A stretch of DNA of 44,131 nucleotides from Candidatus Peregrinibacteria bacterium CG_4_9_14_0_2_um_filter_41_14 (GCA_002788755.1 PFRW01000051.1:1-44131); one strand, 5' to 3'; positions 25,217 through 35,816 are shown, numbered from the stretch's first letter. Made by a program: numbers and translations. Notes: a model not told the origin generated them from the letters alone.

Positions 25217-26254
25217 TTAAACATCTCTAGCTGCTTTCAACAATGCTTCAGCACCCTCAACACCATATTTCAACATTGATGTTGCCCTTTGGCGTGCATA
25301 GAAATATAAACCTTCATCCATAAGACGTTGATAATCAGGCAATAAAAGCCTTTTCAGACGTTGTTTAAGAAGATCATTATTGGGATCTAAAGAAAGCTCC
25401 TCCTTTAATTCGTCCCATTTTTTGAAAAAATCAACATCTACAAGAACCTCCGTCATTCGAGCGTTACTAGTATCTGGTGAACTAGCTGTAAGCAAAACAA
25501 TCCTACTACGGATATTTAATAATTCTTCTTCAGAATAAGACTTACTTGGCTTAAATTGGGGATCAAAAATTTTAGTATGACTTCCACCAACCATCGCCAA
25601 TACATTACCTTTAAGCTCTAAATTTTTAACTAAATGCCAACTAATATCATTTGACACTGTAAGCAATTTCTCAAAAGTAACTCGTGCTTTTCTCTTTTCG
25701 GTCTCAAGATTTTGAACAATCATTACGGACAAAATTTCAACACTCGCTATACTAACATTAAAAAGTCTACTAATAGCATTCACTAACAAACCAATATTAT
25801 CTTTATACCTTAGTAACTCAGCTACCATCAGTGCACATATTGCATCCCTATGTGATACACCAGCCAAATCAGCAATCACAAAATTATACGGAGTACATAT
25901 AGCATCCTCCACATCAATACCCATTGCTTGCGCACGCTCCATCAAATATTGCACTTCTGGCGTAGCATTTCCCATGCCCTCCACAATAATAGAATTTGGC
26001 TTTTCCTGTTCATCTAAAATTTTATCCAATATATATATTGCAGATGCTGAGTAATGCTCCATTAATCCAACTGTCTTAATTTTAAAATCTGGATGAACAA
26101 AAGTAGCTACATCTGGAGACTGTTCATCAGCAGGAACCTCTGAAGATGCTATCAAATCTAAAGCTCTTTGTCTCACACCCCTAATTTGATCCAATTGAAT
26201 AGGTTGAACACCCCCCCCATTTTCTCGTTCATCACAACCAATTTCATTTTCCAT
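25217..26254 (-). CDS. Hypothetical protein, possible TraB/ChaN/EreA-like metal-site fold
   Basis: ORF with likely start at ATG 26254. Spaced motifs VGLMEH, IIVEG and LAMVGGSH. Confidence 0.7.
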   Translation of the reverse strand: MENEIGCDERENGGGVQPIQLDQIRGVRQRALDLIASSEVPADEQSPDVATFVHPDFKIKTVGLMEHYSASAIYILDKILDEQEKPNSIIVEGMGNATPEVQYLMERAQAMGIDVEDAICTPYNFVIADLAGVSHRDAICALMVAELLRYKDNIGLLVNAISRLFNVSIASVEILSVMIVQNLETEKRKARVTFEKLLTVSNDISWHLVKNLELKGNVLAMVGGSHTKIFDPQFKPSKSYSEEELLNIRSRIVLLTASSPDTSNARMTEVLVDVDFFKKWDELKEELSLDPNNDLLKQRLKRLLLPDYQRLMDEGLYFYARQRATSMLKYGVEGAEALLKAARDV

Positions 26255-26343
26255 AGTATTATATATTAAATGAATATACGACACTATAAAACAAAGGAAT
26301 AAAAATGTCAATCCACGATTCGCCGCACCCCTTCATTAAGACC

Positions 26344-27759
26344 CTACCGCCCTGCCATCTCATAAGCATGCCCAACATTCAACAACTTTGCCTCACTCCA
26401 CTGCGGGCTCATCAACTGCAAGCCTACCGGCAAACCATCGGTGGTATTACCGCAAGGAACAGACAAACCGGGTAAACCAGCAATGGCAGATGGGATTGTG
26501 AGCGCATCAGCATTGTACATTGCGACGGGATCATCCGACTTCGCGCCAATTTTAAAAGCGGGGAAAGGTGAAACGGGAGCGGCTAAAACGTCGACCTCCT
26601 CAAAAACTTGCTCAAAATCTTGGCAAATTAAAGTTCGCACTTTTTGCGCTTTCAGATAGTAGGCATCGTAATAACCGGCAGATAAAGCGTAAGTTCCCAT
26701 CATAATCCGACGTTTCATTTCCGGGCCAAAACCTTTACCTCTGTTTTTTAAATAAAATTCATATAAATCTTGAGGATCTTCGCCTAAACGCGGACCATAA
26801 CGCACACCGTCAAAACGAGCCATATTGGAACTAACCTCACTTGGCGAAATAATGTAATAAACGGCCACACCATACTTGGTCATTGGCAAAGAAACTTCCT
26901 TAATAATCGCCCCCTCATTTTTCAAAACCTCGACCGCTTCCATTACACGCGCTCGCACATCAGGCTCTACGGACTCACTAAAATACTCTTTTGGTAAACC
27001 GATGCGCATGCCTTTAATCGAATTATTAATTCCACCCAAATAAGCATCAACTTTAACATTTGGCGCAGTTGTATCTAAACGATGACTACCGGCAATTGCA
27101 CCCAAAACCAAGGCGGCATCATAAACCGTTTTAGTTAAAGCCCCCACCGTATCCAAAGACGATGCCATCGAAATAACACCGGAACGCGGCACCCGGCCAT
27201 AAGTCACTTTTAACCCCACAGATCCACAAAAAGAAGCAGGCTGTCTAATCGAACCACCGGTATCGGTCCCCATCGAAAAAGCACACAAATTAGCGGCAAC
27301 AGCAGCAGCCGACCCACCACTGGAACCACCGGCCACACACTCTAAATTTGCCGGATTTTTAGTCACACCAAAAGCGGAAGTCTCGCTAGAAGCACCACAT
27401 GTAAATTCATCTGTATTTACCTTACCCAACAAAATTGCCCCTTGATCATATAAACGATCTACAACCGGCGCATTGTATGGTGGTTTAAAACCTTTTAAAA
27501 TATTGGAACAAGCAGTCGTTTCAATTCCCTCGGTCGAAAAAACATCTTTAAGAGCCATTGGCACATTTGCCAAACTGCCCTGCGCACTTTCATCAATCTG
27601 ACTTTTTGCCACATCTACCGTTTCTAAAATATAGGCATTTAGTGCGGGATTTTCTTGTTTAATTGCGTCAGCATAAGCGTCTACTACTTCTAAAGGCGAA
27701 AAGGTTTTCGCCTGATAACCCTCCAACAACTCCTTAACCGAAAGCGTGTTTAATTCCAT
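26344..27759 (-). CDS. gatA: Asp/Glu-tRNA amidotransferase subunit A
   Basis: Amidase signature GGSSGGSAAAV...GTDTGGSIRQPA, SSNMARFDGVRYG, KRRIMMGTYALSAGYYDAYYLKAQKVR. Confidence 0.98.
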   Translation of the reverse strand: MELNTLSVKELLEGYQAKTFSPLEVVDAYADAIKQENPALNAYILETVDVAKSQIDESAQGSLANVPMALKDVFSTEGIETTACSNILKGFKPPYNAPVVDRLYDQGAILLGKVNTDEFTCGASSETSAFGVTKNPANLECVAGGSSGGSAAAVAANLCAFSMGTDTGGSIRQPASFCGSVGLKVTYGRVPRSGVISMASSLDTVGALTKTVYDAALVLGAIAGSHRLDTTAPNVKVDAYLGGINNSIKGMRIGLPKEYFSESVEPDVRARVMEAVEVLKNEGAIIKEVSLPMTKYGVAVYYIISPSEVSSNMARFDGVRYGPRLGEDPQDLYEFYLKNRGKGFGPEMKRRIMMGTYALSAGYYDAYYLKAQKVRTLICQDFEQVFEEVDVLAAPVSPFPAFKIGAKSDDPVAMYNADALTIPSAIAGLPGLSVPCGNTTDGLPVGLQLMSPQWSEAKLLNVGHAYEMAGR

Positions 27760-27761
27760 AA

Positions 27762-28067
27762 TTAACTGTTAAATACAGATGGCACCACAACTTGATTATC
27801 GATCACTTCGCCATCAACGTTACCTAGCAATCGTTTTTTATCTTCGACAAAATCAATAACTTTGTCTTCTTCAAAAATGTTAGTTAGTCCGGTAACTTGT
27901 GCGGTTGGCTTCACACCCTCTGTATCCACCTCCGCCAAAATTTCAATTGCTCCTAAAATATCCTGCAACTGGCCGGCAAACTTGGCAACTTCCGCTTCGC
28001 TTAGTTCCAAACGGGCTAAATGCGCAATTCTTTGCACAACCTCTTTTGTAATTTTTACATCTGACAT
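27762..28067 (-). CDS. gatC: Asp/Glu-tRNA amidotransferase subunit C
   Basis: IAHLARL, EVDTEGVKPT, VPSV. Lies directly upstream of gatA. Confidence 0.95.
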   Translation of the reverse strand: MSDVKITKEVVQRIAHLARLELSEAEVAKFAGQLQDILGAIEILAEVDTEGVKPTAQVTGLTNIFEEDKVIDFVEDKKRLLGNVDGEVIDNQVVVPSVFNS

Positions 28068-28151
28068 ATTATAATGATCAATAAATGCAGTCCAAGCTTA
28101 GGGATTTAAGCGAAAAGTGACAAGAGAAAATTCTTCCATTATAGTAGATAT

Positions 28152-28508
28152 ATGATTGAAACAGTCCCCCATATAAATACCGAGTCCAAAAACAAAACTA
28201 CGGCAATTTACCAAAATATTAACTGTGTCAGTTTTTATTTTTTCGCTACTCTTGGCTTTGTCCACCTTATTAGCGGTCTTTTTGTCGCCAACGAAATCGC
28301 GCTTAAAGGCATGTGGCTAATCAACCGCTTACTCGATGTCCCCTTCTTTATCGTCAGCTATCTTTACTTTGCCTCACTATTTAAACTACAATTAGACTCC
28401 GATGCAACCAACACCAACGTTTGGGATTTACTTATTATTGTCGTTGGCATCGGCTTATTGTTATTTCTTCAGGTTTACGACTTAGTTTTCCCTAATTTGC
28501 AGCCATGA
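28152..28508 (+). CDS. Small three-TM membrane protein
   Basis: Three hydrophobic segments. Stop overlaps the next start (ATGA). Confidence 0.75.
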   Translation: MIETVPHINTESKNKTTAIYQNINCVSFYFFATLGFVHLISGLFVANEIALKGMWLINRLLDVPFFIVSYLYFASLFKLQLDSDATNTNVWDLLIIVVGIGLLLFLQVYDLVFPNLQP

Positions 28509-28921
28509 AACGCGTTCTCGCCTTTGGAACTTTCGATTATTTTCACATTGGACATCAATACTACCTTAATGAAGCCGCAAAACTTGGCGACGAACTTTAC
28601 GTAATCATTGCCCGCGACGACACGGTCAAACAAGTTAAAGGCTTTAAAACAGACGAAAACGAAAAAACTCGTCAAAAAAAAGTTGCAAACTGGCCAACCG
28701 TTACCAAAGCAATTCTCGGTAGCAAAAAAGATAAGTACGATGTATTAAAAAAATACAAACCTGATATAATTTGCCTCGGATACGATCAATACGCTTTCAC
28801 ACAACAACTCCAAAATAAAATAATCGAACTCAAACTTAACACAAAAATTATCCGCCTACCGGCGTATCAACCTCAAATCTACAAATCCTCAATCATTAAA
28901 AAAGCACAAAATGCGAACTAA
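28505..28921 (+). CDS. Cytidylyltransferase-like nucleotidyltransferase, RibL-type FAD synthetase-like
   Basis: FGTFDYFHIGH (HxGH), VIIARD, KPDIICLGYDQ, KSSII. Confidence 0.8.
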   Translation: MKRVLAFGTFDYFHIGHQYYLNEAAKLGDELYVIIARDDTVKQVKGFKTDENEKTRQKKVANWPTVTKAILGSKKDKYDVLKKYKPDIICLGYDQYAFTQQLQNKIIELKLNTKIIRLPAYQPQIYKSSIIKKAQNAN

Positions 28922-29822
28922 AAAATATTTCCACGAAGCCATCACCGCCATTATTCGCAATCGCTTTTTGTCGGCCGTCACCATTTTAAGTATCGCCTTC
29001 ATCCTACTAATTTTTAATGTACTGCTAGCCGTTAATCAACTCACGCACAGCACTATTCAAGACCTAAGCGAAAAAATAACCCTCACCGTTTACGTAAAAA
29101 CCGACATCGACCCCAAAACACTAGACCCACTCATAAGCGAAATCAACCAACTACCCTTTGTTATCGATACTCAATACCAAACCGCAGCCGACGCCCTCAC
29201 AAAAATCACCACCAAATATCCGGAAAGCACAAAATTTTTAAGCCAATACAACGTCCCCAATCCGCTACCGGCAACTGTTAACATCAAAACCAACAACCTC
29301 GAAGACCAACGCCAACTAATTAAACTGTTTCAAAACGAACCATACAAAAACATCTTCCGTGTTAACGAAAACGATCAACAACGTAGCACAATCCAAACCG
29401 TAATCAATAACCTGATCAACCTTAAAGGTTTTACGTTTCAAGTTATTCTATGGGTCATTTTAACCTTTACTATTGGCGGCGCCCTGCTTATTTTCAACGT
29501 TTTAAACGTTACCCTCTTTAGTCGCCGCAAAGAAATCCAAATCATGCAATTTGTCGGTGCCACTCATGCCACAATTCGCATGCCGTTTGTGTTTGAAGGA
29601 ATTTTATACGGAGTGGCCTCCTTCATCCTCAGCTTTATATTACTATTAATCATCCAAATATTTATTCCGGAATCAATTCAGGAATTTCGCTCCATTCTTT
29701 TATCTGGTAGTTTTCAATTCACCTTAATTATCGAACTCATCGCCATTGGCATAATTAGTGGCGTCATCAGTGTTTTAACCGTCGAAAATCATCTTAAACA
29801 CAAAGGCATTCTAGCCGATTAA
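28911..29822 (+). CDS. ftsX: Cell division permease FtsX
   Basis: TM1 plus extracellular loop with NPLP, then SRRKEIQIMQFVGAT...IRMPFVFEG. Confidence 0.92.
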   Translation: MRTKKYFHEAITAIIRNRFLSAVTILSIAFILLIFNVLLAVNQLTHSTIQDLSEKITLTVYVKTDIDPKTLDPLISEINQLPFVIDTQYQTAADALTKITTKYPESTKFLSQYNVPNPLPATVNIKTNNLEDQRQLIKLFQNEPYKNIFRVNENDQQRSTIQTVINNLINLKGFTFQVILWVILTFTIGGALLIFNVLNVTLFSRRKEIQIMQFVGATHATIRMPFVFEGILYGVASFILSFILLLIIQIFIPESIQEFRSILLSGSFQFTLIIELIAIGIISGVISVLTVENHLKHKGILAD

Positions 29823-29831
29823 TTTTTTTAC

Positions 29832-30575
29832 ATGTCACGTTTTCGGGAAAAATTTACCAACGGCTTTATTATTGGTAGTAATCAAGCCCCCAACAACGTT
29901 ATTTATCTTCAAATTTTTACCAAAGAACTAGGTGTTATTACCGCTAAAGCCAAAGTCAGCCCCAAACTAACCGGCAAATTCCAAGGCAAATTAGAGCCGC
30001 TAACCAAAGCAATGTTTGTTTTATACAAAGGCCAAACTACTTGGAGCATCAAAGAAATAACCAACGTCCAAAACACCCATCTCGACCTAGTCACACATCC
30101 AATTCAAGAACTTATTCATTTCATCTGCAAGATTTATCGCCAACTCCTCCCCGAAGACGAACCACTAGCCTCCCTATTTGTAATGCTTGAACAAGTACAC
30201 CAAAATATTGCAAACCACATTTATTCCACAAGCAGCATCATCTATTTTCTAGCACAAACTCTCGACAAAATCGGCATCTTGCCAAATCTCAAAACCTGTC
30301 CCGGCTGCAAATCCGAAATCACCGGCAACGCCACTTACGACCCGGCTCAACAAGAAATCTTCTGCACAAACTGCATCCCCAATCACTCGGAACAGCTTGT
30401 CCAAATTAATCTCAACCAACGCAAAACAATCTACTACGCCACCAAAACCAACCTCATCGATTTCAACAAAATCCAAATTGATCCAAACATTCAAGCCAAA
30501 AGCATTCGCCTATTACAAGTCATTACGGCAAACTACTTGGGCAAATCCCCTAGTCTAGTTTCTTTACCGATTTAA
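29832..30575 (+). CDS. recO: DNA repair protein RecO
   Basis: N-terminal OB fold (IFTKELG.I...AK, LEP), LLPEDEP, G.LP.L..CPGC...FCTNC zinc finger. Confidence 0.88.
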   Translation: MSRFREKFTNGFIIGSNQAPNNVIYLQIFTKELGVITAKAKVSPKLTGKFQGKLEPLTKAMFVLYKGQTTWSIKEITNVQNTHLDLVTHPIQELIHFICKIYRQLLPEDEPLASLFVMLEQVHQNIANHIYSTSSIIYFLAQTLDKIGILPNLKTCPGCKSEITGNATYDPAQQEIFCTNCIPNHSEQLVQINLNQRKTIYYATKTNLIDFNKIQIDPNIQAKSIRLLQVITANYLGKSPSLVSLPI

Positions 30576-32787
30576 CATTTGGCACTTCCTGAATTTTTTG
30601 AATTAAACGTGCCAACTGATCATAATCTTTTATCGCCACTTCAAACTCTCTAAAAATAAAAGTGGAATTGGTCGCTTCATTAAGTGCCATTTTTGTAATA
30701 TTGATGCCCATTTGCGAAGTTAAACAAGAAATATCCGACAACAACCCAATACGATCCTGCATTACCACCTCAAGTGACACCCTGTAAGTTGGCGCCGCCA
30801 CATCCTTACGCCAGTGCGCTGCAATCAGCCTCTCCGTTTTACGATTATTAATTACCTTACAAGCCTTTTTGTGCACAGTCACCCCACGCCCACGGGTAAT
30901 ATAACCAATTATGGCATCACCGGGATTTGGCTGACAACAAGTCGCCATCTTTATCGGAAAATCCGTATATCCATCCACAACAACCTCATTTTTTCCAACC
31001 TCTTCTATGGCCTTTTTCTTATCTTGTTTCTTTTTCTTAATTTCGATTATACGAGACCGCGAACGCAACAATTCCTCTGCCGGAAATAGAGTTTTAATCA
31101 CAACATTCGGGTACAACATTCCCCTACCAATATCCCGTAATAACTCTTCTCGATCCTTCAACGTCAACTTACAACCACCATAATTTTTCAATAGCTGTAA
31201 ATCAGCATCCAAAGGTGCCTTACTAATTTGCTCCAAATGTTTATTTAAAATTTCTCGACCCTCGCGCAAAATTTTCTGAGGATCAGCATTAGACCTAAAC
31301 CATCCTTTAATCTTACTCTTTGCCGAACTGGTTTTAACAAAAGATAACCAATATTGATTTGGCTCTGCATTATCACGCGTAATAATTTCAACAACATTGC
31401 CATTTTGTAGCTCGTAATCCAAAGGCACAATGGCATCATTAACTTTAGCCATTGCACAATGATTCCCCACCTCCGAATGAACAGCATAAGCAAAATCGAT
31501 TGGTGTGGCCCCGGCCGGCAAATCTTGCACATCTCCCGCTGGTGTTAAAACAAAAATCCGTCTATGAAAAATATCACGATGTAAGTCATCAATAAATTCT
31601 TCATTATTAGATACTTCTTCCTGCAAACTATTTAAAGCTTTTACCCAACCCAATCGCTCACCAAACTTACTACTATTCCTAATTTCTTCAGCATCCATAC
31701 CCGCAGTTGCGCCACCGGTCTCACCATAAAGCCAATGCGAAGCCACACCGCGCTCCGCCTCACCATGCATCGATTCTGTTCTAATCTGAATTTCGGTTGG
31801 CTGATTACGCGACTTTGGGCCCAAACCAACAACAGTTGTATGCAAACTCCGATAACCATTAGGCTTTGGCACAGCAATGTAATCCTTAAATCGCTGCTGC
31901 AAAGGCGCCCACATGCCATGAATCACGCCCAACGCCTCATACAAATGCCCAGTATACTCCCGTCCATCCTTTTTCTGATCTTGCAAAATAATGCGCATCG
32001 CAAAAATATCATAAATCTCATCCACCGAACTTAAACTTTTACGGCTCAACTTAACGTGAATACTATACAAACTCTTTAAACGCGCCTCGACCTTAAATTT
32101 TTTAAAACCGCCACCCGCCAAACATTTAGTTAACGTTTTCTTAATGTCCAAAATTAGTGGATCCGTCATTCGACTATAACTACTAAGTTGTTCTTTTACA
32201 TTTTCATAATGTTCCGGTTCCAAAAATTCAAAACACAAATCCTCTAATTTACTTTTTAAATTATAAATACCTAAACGCGCTGCAATTGGCACATACACAT
32301 CCAAAGTCTCCGTAGCAATTCGCTCTTGTTTATGCGGTTTAACATATTCCAAAGTCGACATATTATGTAAGCGATCACAAAGTTTAATAATAATAATTCT
32401 AAAATCGGCCGCCATATGCACAAACATCCGCCGCAAATTTTCCGCATAAGGCTCATCAATACGCGATCTCACTTTACTTAACTTTTCCAACCCCTGAACC
32501 ATATAGGCCACTTTTGGACCAAACTCCGCTTCAATCTGCACCAAGGTACGATCCGTATCCTCAGAAACGTCATGCAACAAAGCCGCAATAATCATCTCCT
32601 CATCCGGATTATAATCCAACAAAATATCGACCACCGCCACCGGATGAATTATGTAAGGCTCCCCCGAAAAACGCTTTTGCCCCTCGTGAGCATCACGCGC
32701 ATATTCATAGGCCCGAACAATCCGCTCCATATCATACGAAGGAGATTGCTTTTTAATTCGATCTAAAACTGGTGCAAAAAAATTCAT
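30550..32787 (-). CDS. rel: Bifunctional (p)ppGpp synthetase/hydrolase (long RSH)
   Basis: HD domain (SGEPYIIHP, LLHDVSEDT, DRLHNM), synthetase RFKDYIAVPKPNGYRSLHT and EIQIRT, TGS ATPIDFAYAVH, CC.P.PGD zinc finger, ACT domain. Confidence 0.96.
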   Translation of the reverse strand: MNFFAPVLDRIKKQSPSYDMERIVRAYEYARDAHEGQKRFSGEPYIIHPVAVVDILLDYNPDEEMIIAALLHDVSEDTDRTLVQIEAEFGPKVAYMVQGLEKLSKVRSRIDEPYAENLRRMFVHMAADFRIIIIKLCDRLHNMSTLEYVKPHKQERIATETLDVYVPIAARLGIYNLKSKLEDLCFEFLEPEHYENVKEQLSSYSRMTDPLILDIKKTLTKCLAGGGFKKFKVEARLKSLYSIHVKLSRKSLSSVDEIYDIFAMRIILQDQKKDGREYTGHLYEALGVIHGMWAPLQQRFKDYIAVPKPNGYRSLHTTVVGLGPKSRNQPTEIQIRTESMHGEAERGVASHWLYGETGGATAGMDAEEIRNSSKFGERLGWVKALNSLQEEVSNNEEFIDDLHRDIFHRRIFVLTPAGDVQDLPAGATPIDFAYAVHSEVGNHCAMAKVNDAIVPLDYELQNGNVVEIITRDNAEPNQYWLSFVKTSSAKSKIKGWFRSNADPQKILREGREILNKHLEQISKAPLDADLQLLKNYGGCKLTLKDREELLRDIGRGMLYPNVVIKTLFPAEELLRSRSRIIEIKKKKQDKKKAIEEVGKNEVVVDGYTDFPIKMATCCQPNPGDAIIGYITRGRGVTVHKKACKVINNRKTERLIAAHWRKDVAAPTYRVSLEVVMQDRIGLLSDISCLTSQMGINITKMALNEATNSTFIFREFEVAIKDYDQLARLIQKIQEVPNVKSVKKLD

Positions 32788-32802
32788 ACCCCAAACAATA
32801 CA

Positions 32803-33858
32803 CTATTCCGCCGGAATCACCAAGTCCAAGTCAATCGTCGGGAAATCAATCACCTTTACACCTTTAACAAATGCATCTCGATTTGATTCCACCGCCAAAA
32901 TTTTATCAGTTACAATGGGTAAACCACGTTCATAACGAACAATAATCTGCTCCCGCGCACGCACTTCCGATCTAACCACAATGTACTGCTCTGCTAAGCG
33001 TTGATAAGTTTCTAGCAATTCCGGTAACCTTTCACTGGCAAGCTGATCCGCCGCATCTAAATAACGTTCTTCAGACGCATTCCTTGTTTCTTCCAATCGT
33101 ACCAATGTTTCATTTAAAATTGCGGTCTCTTGTCTTATATCCTCATAAGCTCGTGTCGCCTCCGCATAACTCGCCTTCAAATCATCTAAATACTGATCAA
33201 AAGCAGCATTACGAACCGAACTACTATCTAACAATAAAAAGATGTCTGTATTAAAAATGTTCTGCATTCGTCGATAAGTTCGCACATAGTAACTTAAACG
33301 ATTAGGCAATTGATCCACTGCCCCAAGCTGATTAATCACAATAAACAAATCCGTACTTAAATTTTCCACCGGTTTCGAGGTTGGCAACGCCTCTTCCTTA
33401 CCAATATCAGTCACCACTTTAACTGTTGATATATCCGATTCAACAGGAGTCTCGGTTACAACAGGATTTTCAGTTGCAACAGGTTCTTCAGTTATCACTT
33501 CATCCTTATTGCCACCGGTCACTTTATTCCAAATACGAGATAAAAAGCCCGGACCATCATCTACAGCCGGCACTGTTACCACTATCTCCGGTGCCTTATT
33601 TTGCTGAGCCAAAGGATCCACGCTATCGTTCAAATACCCCAACAAAAAAACAAAACTCGCCACAATAATTAAAATGAGCGATACAATAAAAGCAATAATT
33701 CCAAAAAAATGACTGCGCCCAATGTGCAACTCTGCCAAAATTCCTTTAACTTCATCAATAACACCACCATCACCCGGAATATGTTCCGGCTTAGGTTCTG
33801 GAACATTTGATGGCTCAGCATCCAAAGTTTCGCCTTCTATAACGGTATCGTCTGGCAT
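32803..33858 (-). CDS. Hypothetical single-pass membrane protein with Pro/Thr/Glu linker and coiled-coil C-terminus
   Basis: TM at about aa 52-75, linker TEEPVATENPVVTETPVE, heptad-like helical region. Confidence 0.82.
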   Translation of the reverse strand: MPDDTVIEGETLDAEPSNVPEPKPEHIPGDGGVIDEVKGILAELHIGRSHFFGIIAFIVSLILIIVASFVFLLGYLNDSVDPLAQQNKAPEIVVTVPAVDDGPGFLSRIWNKVTGGNKDEVITEEPVATENPVVTETPVESDISTVKVVTDIGKEEALPTSKPVENLSTDLFIVINQLGAVDQLPNRLSYYVRTYRRMQNIFNTDIFLLLDSSSVRNAAFDQYLDDLKASYAEATRAYEDIRQETAILNETLVRLEETRNASEERYLDAADQLASERLPELLETYQRLAEQYIVVRSEVRAREQIIVRYERGLPIVTDKILAVESNRDAFVKGVKVIDFPTIDLDLVIPAE

Positions 33859-33995
33859 AAATAATTACTAAGAATCTAATAATTATAGCATAAATAAGCC
33901 TGTATTAGAAGACAAAAGCAACTAATTAACAAAGAACCACTTAAATAAATCATCAAAATTAGCTAAATTAAAAAAGTCCCTAACCAAAAACAAAA

Positions 33996-35462
33996 ATGAA
34001 GTTAAATCTCCTCAAAACATATACTACAGCTGATGCAATCCTTTTGCCTCTATTTGAAAACAAACTTAAAGACGCCATCGACCAACTACCAGCCACCCTC
34101 CAAAAACAAATAGCCCATTTAGTAGACCATAAAGTCACCGGCAAACGCGGCGATATCGAAGTTTTTCACACCGCCACCGGCAAAACCAACGTCAGTATCT
34201 ATTTTATTGGCCTAGGCGAAAAAGCCAAACTTGACTCCGAACAACAAAAGTTAATGGGCGCCAAAACCGCTCAGGCCATCAAAAAATACAAATACGACAA
34301 AGTTGCCATTTTCCCCATCAACAAAAAAGAAAACATTAAAATCATGCACTTTTTTGCCCTCGGCTTTTTACTTGGCAGCTACAAATTCGACACCTACATC
34401 AACGACAAAAAAAAGAAACAACACATCTATAAAGAAATCCAAGTAATAAGCCCCGACAGCAAACTCACCAATACCGAATTTGACGAACTAAACACAATCA
34501 CCCAAGCAATTTATTACACACGTGATTTAGTTAACACACCGCCCAACGAACTCACTCCTACGCAATTAGGAAAAGAAGCACTCGCAATCGGCAAACTGTC
34601 TCGCCAAATTAAAGTCACCATTTTTGACGACAAACTACTCAAAAAACACAAAATGGGCCTAATTTTAGGCGTTGGTGCCGGCAGCCACGAAGAAAGCCGT
34701 CTAATTTTTATGGAATACAAAAACAAACCAACTAACAAAAAACCATTGTTAATTGTTGGCAAAGGCGTAACTTTTGATGCTGGCGGCTTAAACATCAAAC
34801 CAACCAACAATATCGAAGATATGAAAAGCGACATGGCCGGTGCCGCCAGTGTTCTCGGACTAATGCAAATTTTAGCAAAACTAAAACCAAATCTACACGT
34901 AGTTGGTGTTATTTCATCTGCCGAAAATCTTCTCGGTGACAAAGCCATGAAACCGGGTGATATCCTAACCGCCTACAACGGCGAAACCGTCGAAATCACC
35001 AACACCGATGCCGAAGGCCGCCTCGTCTTAGCCGACGCCCTTGCCTACAGTACCAAAAAATATAATCCCGAAATAATTGTAGATATCGCCACCTTAACCG
35101 GCGCCTGCATTGCTGCCATTGGCTTCCAAATAACCGGTGTTGTCAGCAACAACGATAAACTCTACAACAAACTAGAAACCGCCAGCAAAAACTGTGCCGA
35201 CCTAATTTGGCATCTCCCCCTAACTCAACACTTTCAGGATAAAGTCGCCAGCGACATCGCCGACTACAAAAACTGGACCGCCGGTGTAAACGCCGGTGCC
35301 AGCATGGGTGCCGCCTTCCTCGAAAAATTCATCAACAACCACAATTGGGCCCATTTAGACATCGCCGGCTCCAGCTGGACCCCCGAAAACACACCCACGT
35401 CTCACCAAGGCGCCACCGGTGTCCCCGTCCACATGCTTTGGGAACTGATTAAGCAATATTAA
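33996..35462 (+). CDS. pepA: Leucyl aminopeptidase (M17)
   Basis: VGKGVTFDAGG, MKSDMAG, NTDAEGRLVLAD, WAHLDIAG. Confidence 0.96.
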   Translation: MKLNLLKTYTTADAILLPLFENKLKDAIDQLPATLQKQIAHLVDHKVTGKRGDIEVFHTATGKTNVSIYFIGLGEKAKLDSEQQKLMGAKTAQAIKKYKYDKVAIFPINKKENIKIMHFFALGFLLGSYKFDTYINDKKKKQHIYKEIQVISPDSKLTNTEFDELNTITQAIYYTRDLVNTPPNELTPTQLGKEALAIGKLSRQIKVTIFDDKLLKKHKMGLILGVGAGSHEESRLIFMEYKNKPTNKKPLLIVGKGVTFDAGGLNIKPTNNIEDMKSDMAGAASVLGLMQILAKLKPNLHVVGVISSAENLLGDKAMKPGDILTAYNGETVEITNTDAEGRLVLADALAYSTKKYNPEIIVDIATLTGACIAAIGFQITGVVSNNDKLYNKLETASKNCADLIWHLPLTQHFQDKVASDIADYKNWTAGVNAGASMGAAFLEKFINNHNWAHLDIAGSSWTPENTPTSHQGATGVPVHMLWELIKQY

Positions 35463-35496
35463 TTTCACTACCGCAATTATATTTTGTAAGATCAAA

Positions 35497-35525
35497 TTGC
35501 CGCATGGCATTTTAAAGCATACAAT
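35497..35525 (+). promoter_or_regulatory. Sigma-70-type promoter
   Basis: TTGCCG-N17-TACAAT upstream of the ATG at 35549. Confidence 0.55.
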
Positions 35526-35548
35526 AAAGCCTTCATTTAAACAGTAGT

Positions 35549-35755
35549 ATGCAAGCCACAATTGCCGAATTTCAAGAAACAAACGCCATCGTGCAACTAA
35601 CCGAAACTGGTCATCGCTTTGCCTTCCCCATCAAACTTTTACCGGATGACATCAGCACCGGCGACGAAATCGAACTCCGTATCATTACCAAAAAGGATAT
35701 TGAAGCTGACAAAATCAAAAACATGAAACAACTGCTTCAAGAACTAATTAACTAA
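35549..35755 (+). CDS. Small hypothetical protein (DUF3006-like)
   Basis: ATIAEFQ...AIV...FP..LLPDD...GD pattern with an LL.EL tail. Has its own promoter and a downstream terminator. Confidence 0.7.
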   Translation: MQATIAEFQETNAIVQLTETGHRFAFPIKLLPDDISTGDEIELRIITKKDIEADKIKNMKQLLQELIN

Positions 35756-35762
35756 TCAACAC

Positions 35763-35795
35763 AAAAGACCTTTCCAACTAAGGAAGGGCCTTTTT
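35763..35795. terminator. Bidirectional intrinsic terminator
   Basis: AAAAGACCTTTCC-N6-GGAAGGGCCTTTTT between convergent genes, with A and T tracts on either side. Confidence 0.7.
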
Positions 35796-35816
35796 AAAAT
35801 CTACAAAATACAATTA

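Noticed and set aside
26344-29822. Missing gatB and ftsE as evidence of incomplete complexes
   Set aside because: Operons are often dispersed in such genomes; absence from a 44-kb window is uninformative.
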